DNA of 63,051 bases, filler included, from Octopus bimaculoides (taxonomy: Eukaryota): assembly GCF_001194135.2 (NCBI RefSeq). It is 7 parts of 7 records of this genome, joined end to end, with 100 filler letters (N's around TTAATTAATTAA, not from the genome) between each part and the next. Parts side by side here need not be neighbours in the genome. Positions count along the whole stretch, not along the records: positions 29,157 to 41,190 come from NC_068991.1; positions 41,291 to 43,544 come from NW_026310014.1; positions 43,645 to 45,507 come from NW_026386007.1; positions 45,608 to 48,171 come from NW_026336217.1; positions 48,272 to 63,051 come from NC_069000.1; 2 more parts are not named here. One strand, given 5' to 3'. Position 1 is the first letter of the stretch; the number at the start of each line of letters is the position of its first letter. Of the stretch, positions 35,990-50,491 are shown piece after piece. Both the position numbers and the translations under genes were made by a program. The notes under the pieces are model-generated. The model worked only from the letters and a program-made list of their open reading frames with translations. It ran no database searches and had not been told where the DNA came from.

Positions 35990-36132
35990 CAGCAACGAAT
36001 TCTTCTGCCATTTTTAGAACTTATAAATTTAGCTTCATGAGACGCTAACGTGAAATTCAATTTTACGATGAAAGTATGTAATTATGTATGTATGCATGCA
36101 TGTATGTATGCATGCATGTATGTATGTATGTG

Positions 36133-36212
<80 letters not shown>

Positions 36213-36616
36213 CATTTGTGACTGTGTCTGTACTTGTGTGAGTGCCCTTGAGTGTGTGAACGCGTACTTGTTTGTATATTATATTCCAAAGATAACGAAA
36301 AACCAGAAGTGTTAGAAGATAATATTTTGAAAGAAGATATTTTCAAATAACATATATTTGTTGTTAACTTATGCACCGTAGAAGAAGTTTCTATAATCCT
36401 TCATGAGTCTAGTGGAACGGTTTGCTCTAAGTTAACAGTTATTAAATTAAATACTAATTAATCGCCACAGAACATTGATATAAGCTGTCTGAAAATAAAA
36501 TAAATTGAAAGATTTGCAAAACACATGGGAAATCAAATGAAGATATATACGCATGCGTCTGCATTCTTTTTTGTCTTTTACTCATTTCTATGCATAATCA
36601 CATACACATGCTTACA

Positions 36617-36647
<31 letters not shown>

Positions 36648-36676
36648 TTTTCTTTCTTTCTTTATCTCTGTCTGTG

Positions 36677-36754
<78 letters not shown>

Positions 36755-37139
36755 NNNNNNNNNNNNNNNNNNNNNNNNNNNNNNNNNNNNNNNNNNNNNN
36801 NNNNNNNNNNNNNNNNNNNNNNNNNNNNNNNNNNNNNNNNNNNNNNNNNNNNNNNNNNNNNNNNNNNNNNNNNNNNNNNNNNNNNNNNNNNNNNNNNNNN
36901 NNNNNNNNNNNNNNNNNATATATGTATATATATATATATATATATGTATATACACATGAGGGTGGAGCATAACCAATATTTTAAAGCTACTATGTGACTT
37001 CGTAATATGTACTACACTTTCGTTAATATCTTGGGGGTACCTATCTTGTCTCTAACCTCTCTGACCTCACATCCTTCACCCAGCGAAACAATACAGATGT
37101 GATAAGCCCCTGAAAGCTAGCACTTTGCTGGTATTACAT

Positions 37140-37375
37140 TTCAGATGAACAGAATCTTTTCTACTCTGAGCACAAGGCCCTAAATTTCTGGAGAGGGGGG
37201 ATAGTCGATTAGATCGACCGCAGTATGCAATTGGTACTTAATTTATCGATCTGGAAAGGATGAAAGGCAAAGTCGACCTCGGCGGAATTTGAACTCAGTA
37301 CGTAAAGACCGGCGAAATACCGCCAAACATTTCAGCCGGCGAGCTAACGTGTCTGCCAGCTCGCCACCTTTTAAA
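37140..37375 (-). mobile_element. SINE family C
   Basis: Reverse complement of the 20244-type sequence. Confidence 0.85.
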
Positions 37376-37809
37376 CTGAGCATAATGGAGCAACGTAAAA
37401 TGTAGTGTAGTAAAGATTGTCTGCCAACATAACATGGCAGTCCTGGTTTAGGACGAATGTTGCATTAATTTAGCCCCAGGAGACATCGTCTCCAGCTGGC
37501 TATACGATACGATCTGTGTCTTTATTTTTTCGAACAAGGGAATGTAGCACCCCCACTCAGCTCAAAACAATATCTGTGTACAATGTACTGTTGCTGAATA
37601 TCTCACGTTGTGAGATTTAAAAATAATAATTTTGTAAAATGTAGTGTCTTGTTTAAAAGTTCAAGGCACCACGCAGACTAGGAATCAAAGCCATGAGCAT
37701 ACAATATAATCGCCATCCCAATGCAATTGATGGATAGGTAGACACACACACTCTTATCGTTACATACACACTTGCACACGCATTTCAAATTTGTAACTTG
37801 GTGATCTGG

Positions 37810-38040
37810 GAGTCTCTCCAGAAGGAGCTGTTACTTCTCCACATTGAGAGGTTACAGCTTCAGTACTATGGACATGTAATTAGAATGACTTAGGAAAGAA
37901 TCGATAGTCGGATTCTTTAAACTTAACCTACTGAAAGAAGATGTAGGATTAGACCAAAATGAGATAATTGGATAATATTCATAATCTCAGTTGGTCACGC
38001 TTGGAAAGTCAGTCGGAAAATCAAATGCCTGTTGCTTCCT
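37810..38040 (+). mobile_element. RTE LINE C-terminal relic
   Basis: LLLHIERLQLQYYGHVIRM..ERI…RPK remnant. Confidence 0.65.
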
Positions 38041-38961
38041 ATAGAACCCTATAGTAGGGGTACGTACGGGCTCTCTTCCCACAACCATGTCATAAATAGA
38101 GGACAGATATAGGTCAGCAAACAGGGGGTGCAGGTGGTGCTGGGGCTCCCAGTGCACCTCCTAAAATTTTGTGGGTATGCAAAATCAAAAGTTGCAACCC
38201 TACTTATTTTTCTCGGGTTTAGAAAACTGCGTAAAATGTGATTTGTAAAGAGTAGCTTGGAGTTAGGTTTCTACTCAAAGAATAAAGAACAAAAATAAAA
38301 TAAAACAATAAAAACTTGTTTACAGAAAACTTTGGACCTGAGTTTGCCCTACCTGAGCAAATTTCATTCCCAAGCCAGAGAAGATGGATAAAAGTTCGTA
38401 ATTGTAGAGGTATTATAACTTGTAATCTATGTTTAGCTGAATGGTGATAAGGATAAGCAAAAATAGATGTGATGGTTAGGTGAGGTATGAAATTGACGGT
38501 TAGTATTCTAGTGTGATGCAAAAAGAAATCAACTCGGTGTTAAAGTTCATGAGGCTGAGAGCACTGAAGACGATATTCCTCTTTAAAAAAATGGAGTTTG
38601 AGCTGAACATTTTTCTTTTTAATTTATTTAGGCTAGGTTGTATGATATATAGCTCTGTCAATAAGATACAGATAAAAGGAGTGAAGGGGCACTGAAGATT
38701 GTCAGAGTCAATGTATGGTTTAAAATTGTTATAAACAAAATTCCCGTAATATTTCTGAAGGAGTTTAGATGTTGGTTATGGCGCAGTTTGAATGCATTAG
38801 AATATATTCCGATGCAATGATTTTTCAGAAAAAGAATTTCTTTCTTTGAGGAAGTATATAATGGTTTTGTGTAAGCATATGGATGGCTACTTTTCGCATG
38901 ATCAGGTAGCGGAGGTTTGTTTTGAGAATGAAGAAGTATCTCACTCGCACACGCATACGCG

Positions 38962-39022
<61 letters not shown>

Positions 39023-39480
39023 NNNNNNNNNNNNNNNNNNNNNNNNNNNNNNNNNNNNNNNNNNNNNNNNNNNNNNNNNNNNNNNNNNNNNNNNNNNNNN
39101 NNNNNNNNNNNNNNNNNNNNNNNNNNNNNNNNNNNNNNNNNNNNNNNNNNNNNNNNNNNNNNNNNNNNNNNNNNNNNNNNNNNNNNNNNNNNNNNNNNNN
39201 NNNNNNNNNNNNNNNNNNNNNNNNNNNNNNNNNNNNNNNNNNNNNNNNNNNNNNNNNNNNNNNNNNNNNNNNNNNNNNNNNNNNNNNNNNNNNNNNNNNN
39301 NNNNNNNNNNNNNNNNNNNNNNNNNNNNNNNNNNNNNNNNNNNNNNNNNNNNNNNNNNNNNNNNNNNNNNNNNNNNNNNNNNNNNNNNNNNNNNNNNNNN
39401 NNNNNNNNNNNNNNNNNNNNNNNNNNNNNNNNNNNNNNNNNNNNNNNNNNNNNNNNNNNNNNNNNNNNNNNNNNNNNNNN

Positions 39481-39536
<56 letters not shown>

Positions 39537-40035
39537 GTGTGTGTGTGTGTGCATGTGTGTGTGCGTGAGCACTCATATGTTTGTGTGTGTGTGCGTGTTT
39601 TTTTTGTGTGTGTTAATGTGTAAAAATTTTTGTGTATATATATCCTTATTTTACCTGACAACCTGTAGACTAACTTGAGACATAAATAACTCGGTTAATC
39701 TGGAAGAAATTTAGTACGTAGCCGGCATTAAGTACAGTTGTTAACGCCCTAAATTTTTTTAGCCTGTAATGTAGAGGAATTCAGTTGTGAAGAAGTTAGG
39801 GACACGAAGTGAAGGGCGCTGAAATTTAACGCACTCATGCTGAAAGTGAGCAGAACCAGGCTTCCAATTGGCAGCCTTTTATATCCAATCCGTATTCTCA
39901 GTTCAAATGAAGTCACCTCTTATTTATGTAAGTATATGTATATACAAACTTATCTATATAAGATATGTATATATTTGTGTATATACATAAATATGTAAAG
40001 TAAATATGTATGGAAATGAGTATCTAAACATGAAA

Positions 40036-40070
<35 letters not shown>

Positions 40071-40480
40071 NNNNNNNNNNNNNNNNNNNNNNNNNNNNNN
40101 NNNNNNNNNNNNNNNNNNNNNNNNNNNNNNNNNNNNNNNNNNNNNNNNNNNNNNNNNNNNNNNNNNNNNNNNNNNNNNNNNNNNNNNNNNNNNNNNNNNN
40201 NNNNNNNNNNNNNNNNNNNNNNNNNNNNNNNNNNNNNNNNNNNNNNNNNNNNNNNNNNNNNNNNNNNNNNNNNNNNNNNNNNNNNNNNNNNNNNNNNNNN
40301 NNNNNNNNNNNNNNNNNNNNNNNNNNNNNNNNNNNNNNNNNNNNNNNNNNNNNNNNNNNNNNNNNNNNNNNNNNNNNNNNNNNNNNNNNNNNNNNNNNNN
40401 NNNNNNNNNNNNNNNNNNNNNNNNNNNNNNNNNNNNNNNNNNNNNNNNNNNNNNNNNNNNNNNGAATATATGTATCTATG

Positions 40481-40607
40481 TAAGTTACAGGGACGTAAAC
40501 AAACCAGCAGCGAATATTATGCCGTGGTGGAGTTAAATACTAACTCAAACACACTCATACATACATACATACATACATACATACATACATACATACATTC
40601 GTAGGAC

Positions 40608-40663
<56 letters not shown>

Positions 40664-40790
40664 AGAGTCTTTCAGTTGCCGTCTACCAAATCCACACACA
40701 AGGCTTTGGTCGGCTCGAGGATGTAGCAGAAGACACCAACTCAGGGACTGAAGCTGGATCCATGTAGTTTGGAAGCAAACATCTCAAGAC
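40481..40790 (-). mobile_element. SINE family A, degraded
   Basis: gtctaccaaatccacacacaaggctttggtcggc… body with internal microsatellite. Confidence 0.75.
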
Positions 40791-40880
40791 AGTCATTAAG
40801 ATTTCTTTTTTTGCCATATGTATTCATCAGAGTGTTCACACGTATACGCAAACGCTCGCGACTACGTAGGTGTGTGTGTT

Positions 40881-40926
<46 letters not shown>

Positions 40927-41141
40927 TATGTATGTACGTATATGCATATGTAAATATGCATATATATATATACATACATATACATAGATATATATATACA
41001 AATAAATATATACGTACATAAATACATATATACATATATATGTATACATACATACATGCAAAAACACAGACACACTATTGCAGTCACGCAAACGCTACTT
41101 ATATGCACATATATGTGCATATATAAATGTATACACGCGCA

Positions 41142-41190
<49 letters not shown>

Positions 41191-42047
41191 NNNNNNNNNN
41201 NNNNNNNNNNNNNNNNNNNNNNNNNNNNNNNNNNTTAATTAATTAANNNNNNNNNNNNNNNNNNNNNNNNNNNNNNNNNNNNNNNNNNNNAAAGTATATT
41301 TATTCATATTTAGCAGAAGCAACAGTGACTCAAGTGATGGATGGATGGATAGATACAAAGATATGGTATGTAGAAGTATACGTGCGATTGTAGCCGTCTA
41401 ATATGCCCCAATGCACACATACATCAACTTAAAAATTCAACACAACTAAGCTAAAGTAAGATGGCGACCGACAGGCGTTGGTATGCTCAACTTTTCTAGG
41501 AGGTGAGAAGAGTGTAATTCCTTTAATGGAAGTCTTAAGATAGAGACCCTAATGCATTAAACAATAAAGTTCAATCAGCGCAAAAACCTTTACGGGATGG
41601 TATGATTAAGTAGAAATAGAAACGATATTTCGTTAACACCATGATTAAAGAACGTTAAACTATGCACTCCTAAACATCGCAAAAGAGGGGAAATGACAAG
41701 GTTTTAAGACTTGTAGACATGGGTCGATTGTACTGCGATGACGTGGTGTTAAACAACAACAATAACAATAATTTTATTCATGTAACAACTCAGGATATTA
41801 TATCTATATATGCTCATGCATGCGCCTGTGAATGTGTATGTGTGTGCGTATTATAATATACGTGTGTATGTGCCCGCCTATGTGTATGTAAAAAATATAT
41901 ATGTGCTTATAGTGGAGTGTTTGTGTGTATACTATGTTTATGTATACGATATAGGAATAGTATATCATATTCTATGATGCATGGATATATAACAAAAATA
42001 TAGTGTATTTTTTTATCCATTATGATGCACACATATGTAGGAAGAAA

Positions 42048-42109
<62 letters not shown>

Positions 42110-43121
42110 TTATCTATCTGTTAATATAAGTATAACGGGAGAGAGAGAGAAAGAGAGTGAAGGAGAGAGATGCATGTATAAACACACACNNNNNNNNNNN
42201 NNNNNNNNNNNNNNNNNNNNNNNNNNNNNNNNNNNNNNNNNNNNNNNNNNNNNNNNNNNNNNNNNNNNNNNNNNNNNNNNNNNNNNNNNNNNNNNNNNNN
42301 NNNNNNNNNNNNNNNNNNNNNNNNNNNNNNNNNNNNNNNNNNNNNNNNNNNNNNNNNNNNNNNNNNNNNNNNNNNNNNNNNNNNNNNNNNNNNNNNNNNN
42401 NNNNNNNNNNNNNNNNNNNNNNNNNNNNNNNNNNNNNNNNNNNNNNNNNNNNNNNNNNNNNNNNNNNNNNNNNNNNNNNNNNNNNNNNNNNNNNNNNNNN
42501 NNNNNNNNNNNNNNNNNNNNNNNNNNNNNNNNNNNNNNNNNNNNNNNNNNNNNNNNNNNNNNNNNNNNNNNNNNNNNNNNNNNNNNNNNNNNNNNNNNNN
42601 NNNNNNNNNNNNNNNNNNNNNNNNNNNNNNNNNNNNNNNNNNNNNNNNNNNNNNNNNNNNNNNNNNNNNNNNNNNNNNNNNNNNNNNNNNNNNNNNNNNN
42701 NNNNNNNNNNNNNNNNNNNNNNNNNNNNNNNNNNNNNNNNNNNNNNNNNNNNNNNNNNNNNNNNNNNNNNNNNNNNNNNNNNNNNNNNNNNNNNNNNNNN
42801 NNNNNNNNNNNNNNNNNNNNNNNNNNNNNNNNNNNNNNNNNNNNNNNNNNNNNNNNNNNNNNNNNNNNNNNNNNNNNNNATGAAAACAATTATAATAGAC
42901 TAACAGACTTGGATAAAAGAAAGAATTTTCCATGGCGATCTTAAAACGAATCAAAATGCTGGGAAGAAGTTAAGCTGAAGGGAACGAAAATAGAAATGGA
43001 GGAAAAGAAGTACAAATCACTTTGAAATAGAAACAAATCGCTTTTTCTAGATTCAAAGATTAAATAATCTGACAAGTAATTAAATTATTACAAAATAGCA
43101 CCAACTTCTCATGTATATATA

Positions 43122-43152
<31 letters not shown>

Positions 43153-43491
43153 GTGTGTGTGTGTGTGTGCTTGGGTGGACACATATTGCCATGTCGGATC
43201 TCTGATGAATTCAATATTGTCACACTTTCTTATCAGTAACACATATACGTCCGTGCCTGTGTATGTATGGATTGGAGAGATAAGATATACATGTATGTGT
43301 ATATATATATATATAGATAGATAGATAGATAGACAGACAGATAGATAGATAGATAGATAGATTGATAGATAGATAGATATGTGTGTGTGTGTGTATGTAT
43401 ATATATATATATCTGTGTTTATACTTTCATACATACATACGTATATACATACATATACAGACACATATATATGCATATGTGTACATGCGTA

Positions 43492-43544
<53 letters not shown>

Positions 43545-43644
43545 NNNNNNNNNNNNNNNNNNNNNNNNNNNNNNNNNNNNNNNNNNNNTTAATTAATTAA
43601 NNNNNNNNNNNNNNNNNNNNNNNNNNNNNNNNNNNNNNNNNNNN

Positions 43645-43682
<38 letters not shown>

Positions 43683-44064
43683 ATATATGTATATTTATAT
43701 ATATATATATGTATGTATGTATGTATGTATTGGGAACAAACAATTTGTTGTGATTCCTATTCATCCTGATCACAGGATCATTGCAGAGATGGACCTTAAC
43801 TTGTATTCGAACTGCGCAGTGAACTCCCAAAATGGCCATAGATGTGATTGACTTGATTTTGTGGAAGTCTCTTACACTCCTGGACTCCAACCTACCTTTG
43901 TTTTTATGAAATGAACTTTTTTGACAAAATATTTGAGGGGAGTAAGAAACTTTTTTTACTTGATTGATGTTTTGTTTTATATTATTTAGATTTTTAGTCC
44001 CTTGACACACTTCAGAATTTTTAGTTGATTGTATATACCTACTTGATAGGCACTTCTCTATATC

Positions 44065-45300
44065 TGTATTTTTGGACAAAATAATGGAAACACCTTAAAA
44101 TTTCAACCAAATTTATTTTAATATGGGGTAGGACTACCTTTGAATTCTATGAGGTATGAAGTTGTACAAAGTTTGAATTGTTTCCAAAGGAATTTTTGTC
44201 CTTTCTTCAGCTAAAATACTCTCCAGTTCTTGTAGTGATGATGGTAGAGGATATCAACTCCTTACTTGCTTTTCTAAAATGCACCATAAACATTCAAAAA
44301 TATTGAGATCTGGGGACTGTGGTGGCCAGATAAGATATTCAACTTCACTAGAATGTTCCTCGTGCCATTCAGTAACAACTTTAGCAGTGTGAATTGGTGC
44401 ATAATCATCCTGAAAGATTGTGTTTCCCTCCAGAAACAGTTCCGCAACCATAGGATGAATTTGATCAGATAAAATGCTTAAATAGTCTTGACTATTCTGC
44501 CATGAAGGGAAATCATTGGACCGGCGGATTTCCAAGATATAGCCCCACAGATCCTCCTCCTTGTTTAACAGTTAGAAGAATGCAGTCTGGATCAAATGCT
44601 TTTTTTGGCTGTCTCCATATGTATACTCAGCCTGTGGTTGGAAATAAGGTAAAGGATATCTCCTCCGAGAAAATAACATTCTTCCACTGCTCTAGGGACC
44701 AATTTTGTAGGTTTTTACTCCTCTAAACACTTTGCAATGTTTGTTTTTGAAAGTAGTGGTTTTCTGATTGCAGCCCTCCTATGAAACCTGGCTTTCTGCA
44801 GTTCCCGGCGATCAGTTTTTGTGCAAACTGGATTCTCGAGGTGGTCATTAAGCTCTGCAGTAATTTTGGGAGCTGTACTTTTGTGATCCTTACTAACAAT
44901 TCACATAAGAATCTGACAGTCCCTATCTGAAAGTTTTGGTTTTCTTCTGGAGTTTTGTTTCAACAAGGAGGTTTTTTCCCTCTTTTTCGAAGGCTGTCAT
45001 TACTTTTGAGACAGTACTTCTTGATACATCAAACATTTTGGCTGTTTTCGTTACGCTAGCACCTGTCATACAAGAACCAACAATTTGACCTCCTTCAAAG
45101 TCTAATAGATCTGTCATTTTAATGAATTGTAATTACCTTTCCCTGATGATATCTGAAAAGAAACAGCAATTTTAGCAAAACATATTAAGCAACACTGATA
45201 ATAAAAAAAAAAATATATAAAAATAAACAAGCTTTTGACAGTTTTATAGATATTTCAAAATTATGATGCTAGGTGTTTCCATTATTTTGTCCAACCCCTG
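44065..45300 (-). mobile_element. Tc1-family transposon with decayed transposase
   Basis: TIRs ttggacaaaataatggaaacacct (44072-44095 and about 45272-45295); MTDLLDFEGGQIVG…VSRSTVSKV HTH; FQDDYAPIH…WPPQSPDLNIFE DDE region. Confidence 0.92.
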
Positions 45301-45812
45301 TATATTTTCTACCTTCTGTGGTTTTTATATATGTAATCTTTATATGTTAAAGGCCATGGTAATATTTGTATATGATCAAATGTATGGAAGCGTGGTGTTG
45401 TATAAAGTTGTTGACTCAAATGTGATGTTTCTGCTCTGATCAATGTTTTTTATATGTCTATATGTATATATATGCATGTATGTATATATATGTATATATA
45501 TATATATNNNNNNNNNNNNNNNNNNNNNNNNNNNNNNNNNNNNNNNNNNNNTTAATTAATTAANNNNNNNNNNNNNNNNNNNNNNNNNNNNNNNNNNNNN
45601 NNNNNNNATCGTTATTTTGAATAGAGATCAAATCTAGTGGCAGCATGGGAAGAAAAACTATATAGGTTATAATAATTTTTTTAAATTATAAATAGGGGTA
45701 TCTAATAAATACCACCATGCTTGAAATAGTAGCCAAAACCTAAACCTAAAACGACATCAAGTTTTCAATGCAGAACAATTTTTACTAGTTTATTTGTCGT
45801 TTGCCTTTCACC

Positions 45813-45858
<46 letters not shown>

Positions 45859-46384
45859 ATGCAAACATACATATATATACATGCATACGTACATACATGC
45901 ATACGTACATACATGCATACGTACATACATGCATACGTACATACGTACATACAGTGTCGCCTTTGATCATATTCTTCAAAAGACTAAAAATTCTTCTTAT
46001 ATTACATTAAACATACATTCATATAATATACCTTTATTTTTGCTTTTTAATACAACATTATACGATTAAGAGACTATGTAATCCCCATAATCCGCAGTAA
46101 TTCATTATAATGTTAAACACGTTTAATCACATGACTATCGGGTGAAAGGAAGAAAATGTGAAAATCTTCCTTCATTTTAAAATTTCTCGATATTTTGTAG
46201 TTGCAAATTTCACTGTTGCCTTTTATTCTTCGATTTCGTATTTTAACTCTTCGTAATAAAATGGTTCGTTACTACAATGTTTTGGAAATGTATCTATAAT
46301 GATAACAATAAATTGTGATATAATAAGATTCCTGTCTTAAAATATTTATTTCTTGGCAAGAGCCAATACATTGTTGTACATTTT

Positions 46385-46795
46385 CCTATTATCTTCTTTT
46401 ATCTTTTGTCGGATTCAATCATTCAACTACGGCCGTGGTGGGGCAGGCACGGAAGGAATTTAATCGAACGAATCGACCACAGTAAAATTTTATAAAGCCT
46501 GGTAATTATATTATCGATTTCTTTTTCCAAAACCGATACTTTATGGAGACGTGAACACACCAACACCGACTGCCAAGCACTACTCCGGGAAAAGACAAAC
46601 ACTCATACATGTGTGTATATATATATATATACACAATTGGCTTGGTTTTGCTTGCGTCTACCAAATCCACTCATAAGGTTTTGGTAAGCTCGAAGTTGTA
46701 CAAGAAAGTTGCCCAAGATATCACGCTGTGTGACTGAGCTCTAAACCATGTGGTTGGGAAGGAAGATTCTTACCACACGGCGACGTCTGTGCCTA
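46385..46795 (-). mobile_element. SINE family A-related, old copy
   Basis: Degraded body plus head (ttaccacacggcgacgtctgtgcc). Confidence 0.65.
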
Positions 46796-46870
46796 TAAAC
46801 TAAATATTAATTAATTCTGCTCTATCAAATTTTACAAATTAATTTCGTCGATTTTCTCTCATTCATTTTC

Positions 46871-47240
46871 GGTGCCGGTGTAGTATGTGATCTACATGAC
46901 ATTGTGATCTATAGCGACTTAAATCTAGATTAGCTTGTGATCTACATTCAAAATTTTGTTATAAATTTTCAAATTATTCCTCCACATTTGCTGCATGGAT
47001 CAATATCTCTATATTCATCAAGGAGTTCATAACGTCGGAGAAATTCTATTGCAGCTTCTTTATCTCGAATAACCTGTGTGTAAAATTCTTTTGCTCTCAT
47101 CAAGAATTCTTTTAATGGGCTCAGGACTAAAAGTGTTTAAATCATAACAGTTTTTTTCTTTATATATTAATTCAACCGGAAATCGGTTAAATTGATGAAT
47201 TTTAAATGATCAAAAAGTCGGTGTAGATTACACCAACACC
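46871..47240 (-). mobile_element. Non-autonomous Merlin-like DNA transposon
   Basis: GGTGCCGGTGTA / TACACCAACACC termini; 8-bp TSD tcattttc/tcactttc; residual MRAKEFYTQVIRDKEAAIEFLRRYELL…CSKCG (47100-46969). Confidence 0.65.
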
Positions 47241-47789
47241 TCACTTTCTATCACAGACAACAACCGACTGATAAACTACATTTTCATTTTTATATTTTCT
47301 CTCAGTCCTTTTTTTTTTTGGAGGTGGGGGGATATTTACCATTTCCATATCTCCCTCTGACTTAAGCAATGATTTTAATATCTGAAGAATGTCCAAACTT
47401 AAAAGTTTCTCAAAGAGAAGTAACACGTAATATCACTCGTCAAAGCTTTGTTCCGGTTGACTCGTAGAACATAATAGATTGCGAAAATCTTTTAGAGAGT
47501 CCTGTTATATAAATGTGTCCGAGCATTGAGAAGGATAATGAGATATAATCAGGATGTTATCAACACGCAAAGATGAGGAAAGTAACAAGTTATGATCATA
47601 TACGCGCGCGCACAATATATGAATGCAGAAATAAAAGGATTAGAGTAAGGGACATAACTCTTGTTGCATCCCTTCTGTAAATCTGTTTCTATTACCTTCT
47701 GAGAGATGATGAATAACAATGTATTCCGATTGAAAGGAAGACCAGAAGTGACGTCAATGAAACAGAAATTTTTTTTCCAGTTCACCCTC

Positions 47790-48025
47790 GACACTTAATG
47801 ACTGTGATAAAAGAATAACATGGATAGATTATAGGAAAGCCTATGATATGATCCCACACACATGGATAAGTGAACGTTTGAGTATATTTCGTGTAGCAGA
47901 GAACGTATGGGAATTAATTAGATTTAGTATGAAGAATTCGAAATTAGATCTCTACTCAGGTGATACATTCTTAGGTACAGTTAATATGAAAAGAGGAATT
48001 TTCCAGAGTGACTCGTTGTCCCATT
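47790..48025 (+). mobile_element. R4/Dong-type RT fragment
   Basis: WIDYRKAYDMIPHTWI…NMKRGIFQSDSLS. Confidence 0.85.
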
Positions 48026-48714
48026 TAAAGCAATGACGCATCACATAGCAGCAGGGCACTCGACGACGCCCGTCGGCATACTGATGCCTGGTGCTGGCGT
48101 CATGTAGATTCTGGCAGCCGAAGCCTGAACTACAACTTGACCCACAAACAGCATCTCCGGTTACATTCGGCNNNNNNNNNNNNNNNNNNNNNNNNNNNNN
48201 NNNNNNNNNNNNNNNTTAATTAATTAANNNNNNNNNNNNNNNNNNNNNNNNNNNNNNNNNNNNNNNNNNNNATGTGGATGGAAAGAAAACTTCTTATCAC
48301 ACACGAATGCCTGTCACAATTATCCCGGATAACATAAACACATTCACTGAAATAATTTTTCTTTTTTTTTTTTTCAATTAAGAAAACGTAATTAACGATA
48401 TTTCATATTCGTATAATTATCACCATTGACTCAGCACAAAATATATCCCTCCACAAATAATACGCGTTCAAATGTTTCAAGTTACGAAACTGTTTCTGTG
48501 TTCGATATTATACTTGTCCGTATCATGAAACGAAAAGAAAAAGCATGAACGAACAATACATGAAATAGACAGGAGACCCTTGTAAAACCCTTGATGTATG
48601 AAATGATATTTTAATTTTTTTTATATTTTACTTGTTTCACTCATTTGACTCCGGCCATGTTGGAGCACCGCTTTGTTTAAATTTTTTATCTGAAGTATAT
48701 TTTACTAATTATAG

Positions 48715-48886
48715 GGGAGTCCTCCTCCACCAGCAGATAAAAGTGGTATCAACGATGAGACGATTGTAAAGAAGCAGAAAATCGACGGAGGTTCAATCCT
48801 GAAGCGATGTTCAGCTATAATTGGCGTGGAACTTTTTAAAAATATTAACTTTGTGTTGCTGACGATCTCCTACACGTTTTGGGTGT
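48715..48886 (+). CDS. SLC16/MCT-like MFS transporter, internal exon (loop + start of TM7)
   Basis: tttactaattatag| … |gtgagt; GSPPPP…IIGVELFKNINFVLLTISYTFWV; its terminal T joins CT of the next exon (Ser). Confidence 0.85.
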
Positions 48887-49320
48887 GTGAGTATTGCTGC
48901 TGCTACTACTACTACTTAGAATAATTTTACAATTCTTACGTGCAAGCCTTTCATGTCATAAAAAGAAAGCTACTGGTTTCAGTTATTAGAGTGCAGCCAT
49001 ACAGTCTAATGACTGTTCCTTGACAATAAATGTTATTTCCTTCTTGTATGTCCACCAAAATGTCTGAGAAATGGCTACTGTTCTCTTCAAAGTTTGCATT
49101 TGTGACTTCAGTCACAATGTTTTGAAATTTACCTTTTTTCCAGAGCATTCCATATAGATTCGGAACTGATTAGCTGATAGAGAATTTTCTTGATATGTGA
49201 ACTTCCAAGAGCTTTCTAGAAATTTTCTAGAACTCTGCAGTAGTTTGAATAATAATTTAAACTCAGGGGTTCGTCCGTTCATTTGAGTTCTAGCTACCCA
49301 AGTGGATGGGCCTAGCTGTA

Positions 49321-50489
49321 CCAGGTTGGGTCAAAAGTTTCTTTTTATTTCTTTCTACTGATATTTGGCAACTTGTATCTCTATGTTATGCCATTAATTT
49401 GATGCAACTTGTCCAGTCGTTGCTGGATTGTTTGTTCTTTATTTCCATTTGTAACATATAAACGTTAATTGTTTAGTTTTTATTTTAAAACTTTGATAAT
49501 GAGTGGTGGAAAAAATTTCAATTTGAGCCATTTTATGCTACATGTGGAGAGAAAAAGATTGAGTACAAGGAGAGCAGCAAAAGACATTTATGATGTGGAA
49601 AGTCTAGGAACTGTCAAAGAGTGTATGGCACAAAACTGGTTCAGACGTTTCAAGGAAGGTGACACCAACCTCGAAAATAGACCAATGTCAGATAGACCAT
49701 CTGTTGTGGAATATGACGCTTTGCTTGAAGTCACAAACATTCGTACATTGTCAGCAGAACTTGGTCCTTCACAAACCACTATCAAGCTCGGCCTTGTGCA
49801 TAGACGCTGTCGAGAAGTTCCTCATGAACAATAAACCAATCTCAGTGATGTATGAACACTTGCAAACAACTGCTGACGAATCCTTCAGATGCCCGTTTTT
49901 GGTGTCGAATTGTAACTGGGGATGAAAAGAGGATCTATTTTCGTAAACCTAAAAATCCGTGGTTCCGTTCTGCCAGGCTTCAGTAAGGGCGGTTCGAAGA
50001 GATGATCATGTTGTGTGTTTGGAGTTTCGAGTGGGTGTTGCACTTGTGAATGCTAACTTTTATGCTCATCAATTGCAGTGAGTATATGATGTTTTCAAAG
50101 CCCACTACGCGGAATTGGTCAATCGAAGACACGTACTCCAACAGCATGACAATGCTCCAGTACACATTACCAATGTGATCAAGCGCAAATTAGAACTTGA
50201 GTGGCTGGAATTGGTGGCACATCCTACCTACAATCCAGACCTTACTTCCAAAAGATTACTGTATTTTCCGTGCAATGACTCATCTCCTACGAGAACAGAG
50301 GTTCAACAATATGGATGAGGTCGAAAACTCGAAGGCATATAAGCATGGAATTCAGCTTCAGGCACAACGATGGCGACAGCAGAGTGTGACGAGATATATT
50401 TTGATTAATAAACGCTTTCCGTATTGAACTTGTTTAAACTATTTATTAAAGCTTGAAATGCAAAAAAAAAACCTTTTGACTCAACCTTG
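49321..50489 (+). mobile_element. mariner transposon, decayed, intronic
   Basis: TA-flanked 19-bp TIRs (ccaggttgggtcaaaagtt / accttttgactcaaccttg); NWFRRFKEGD, QHDNAPVH, HPTYNPDL…DYCIF. Confidence 0.9.
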
Positions 50490-50491
50490 TA

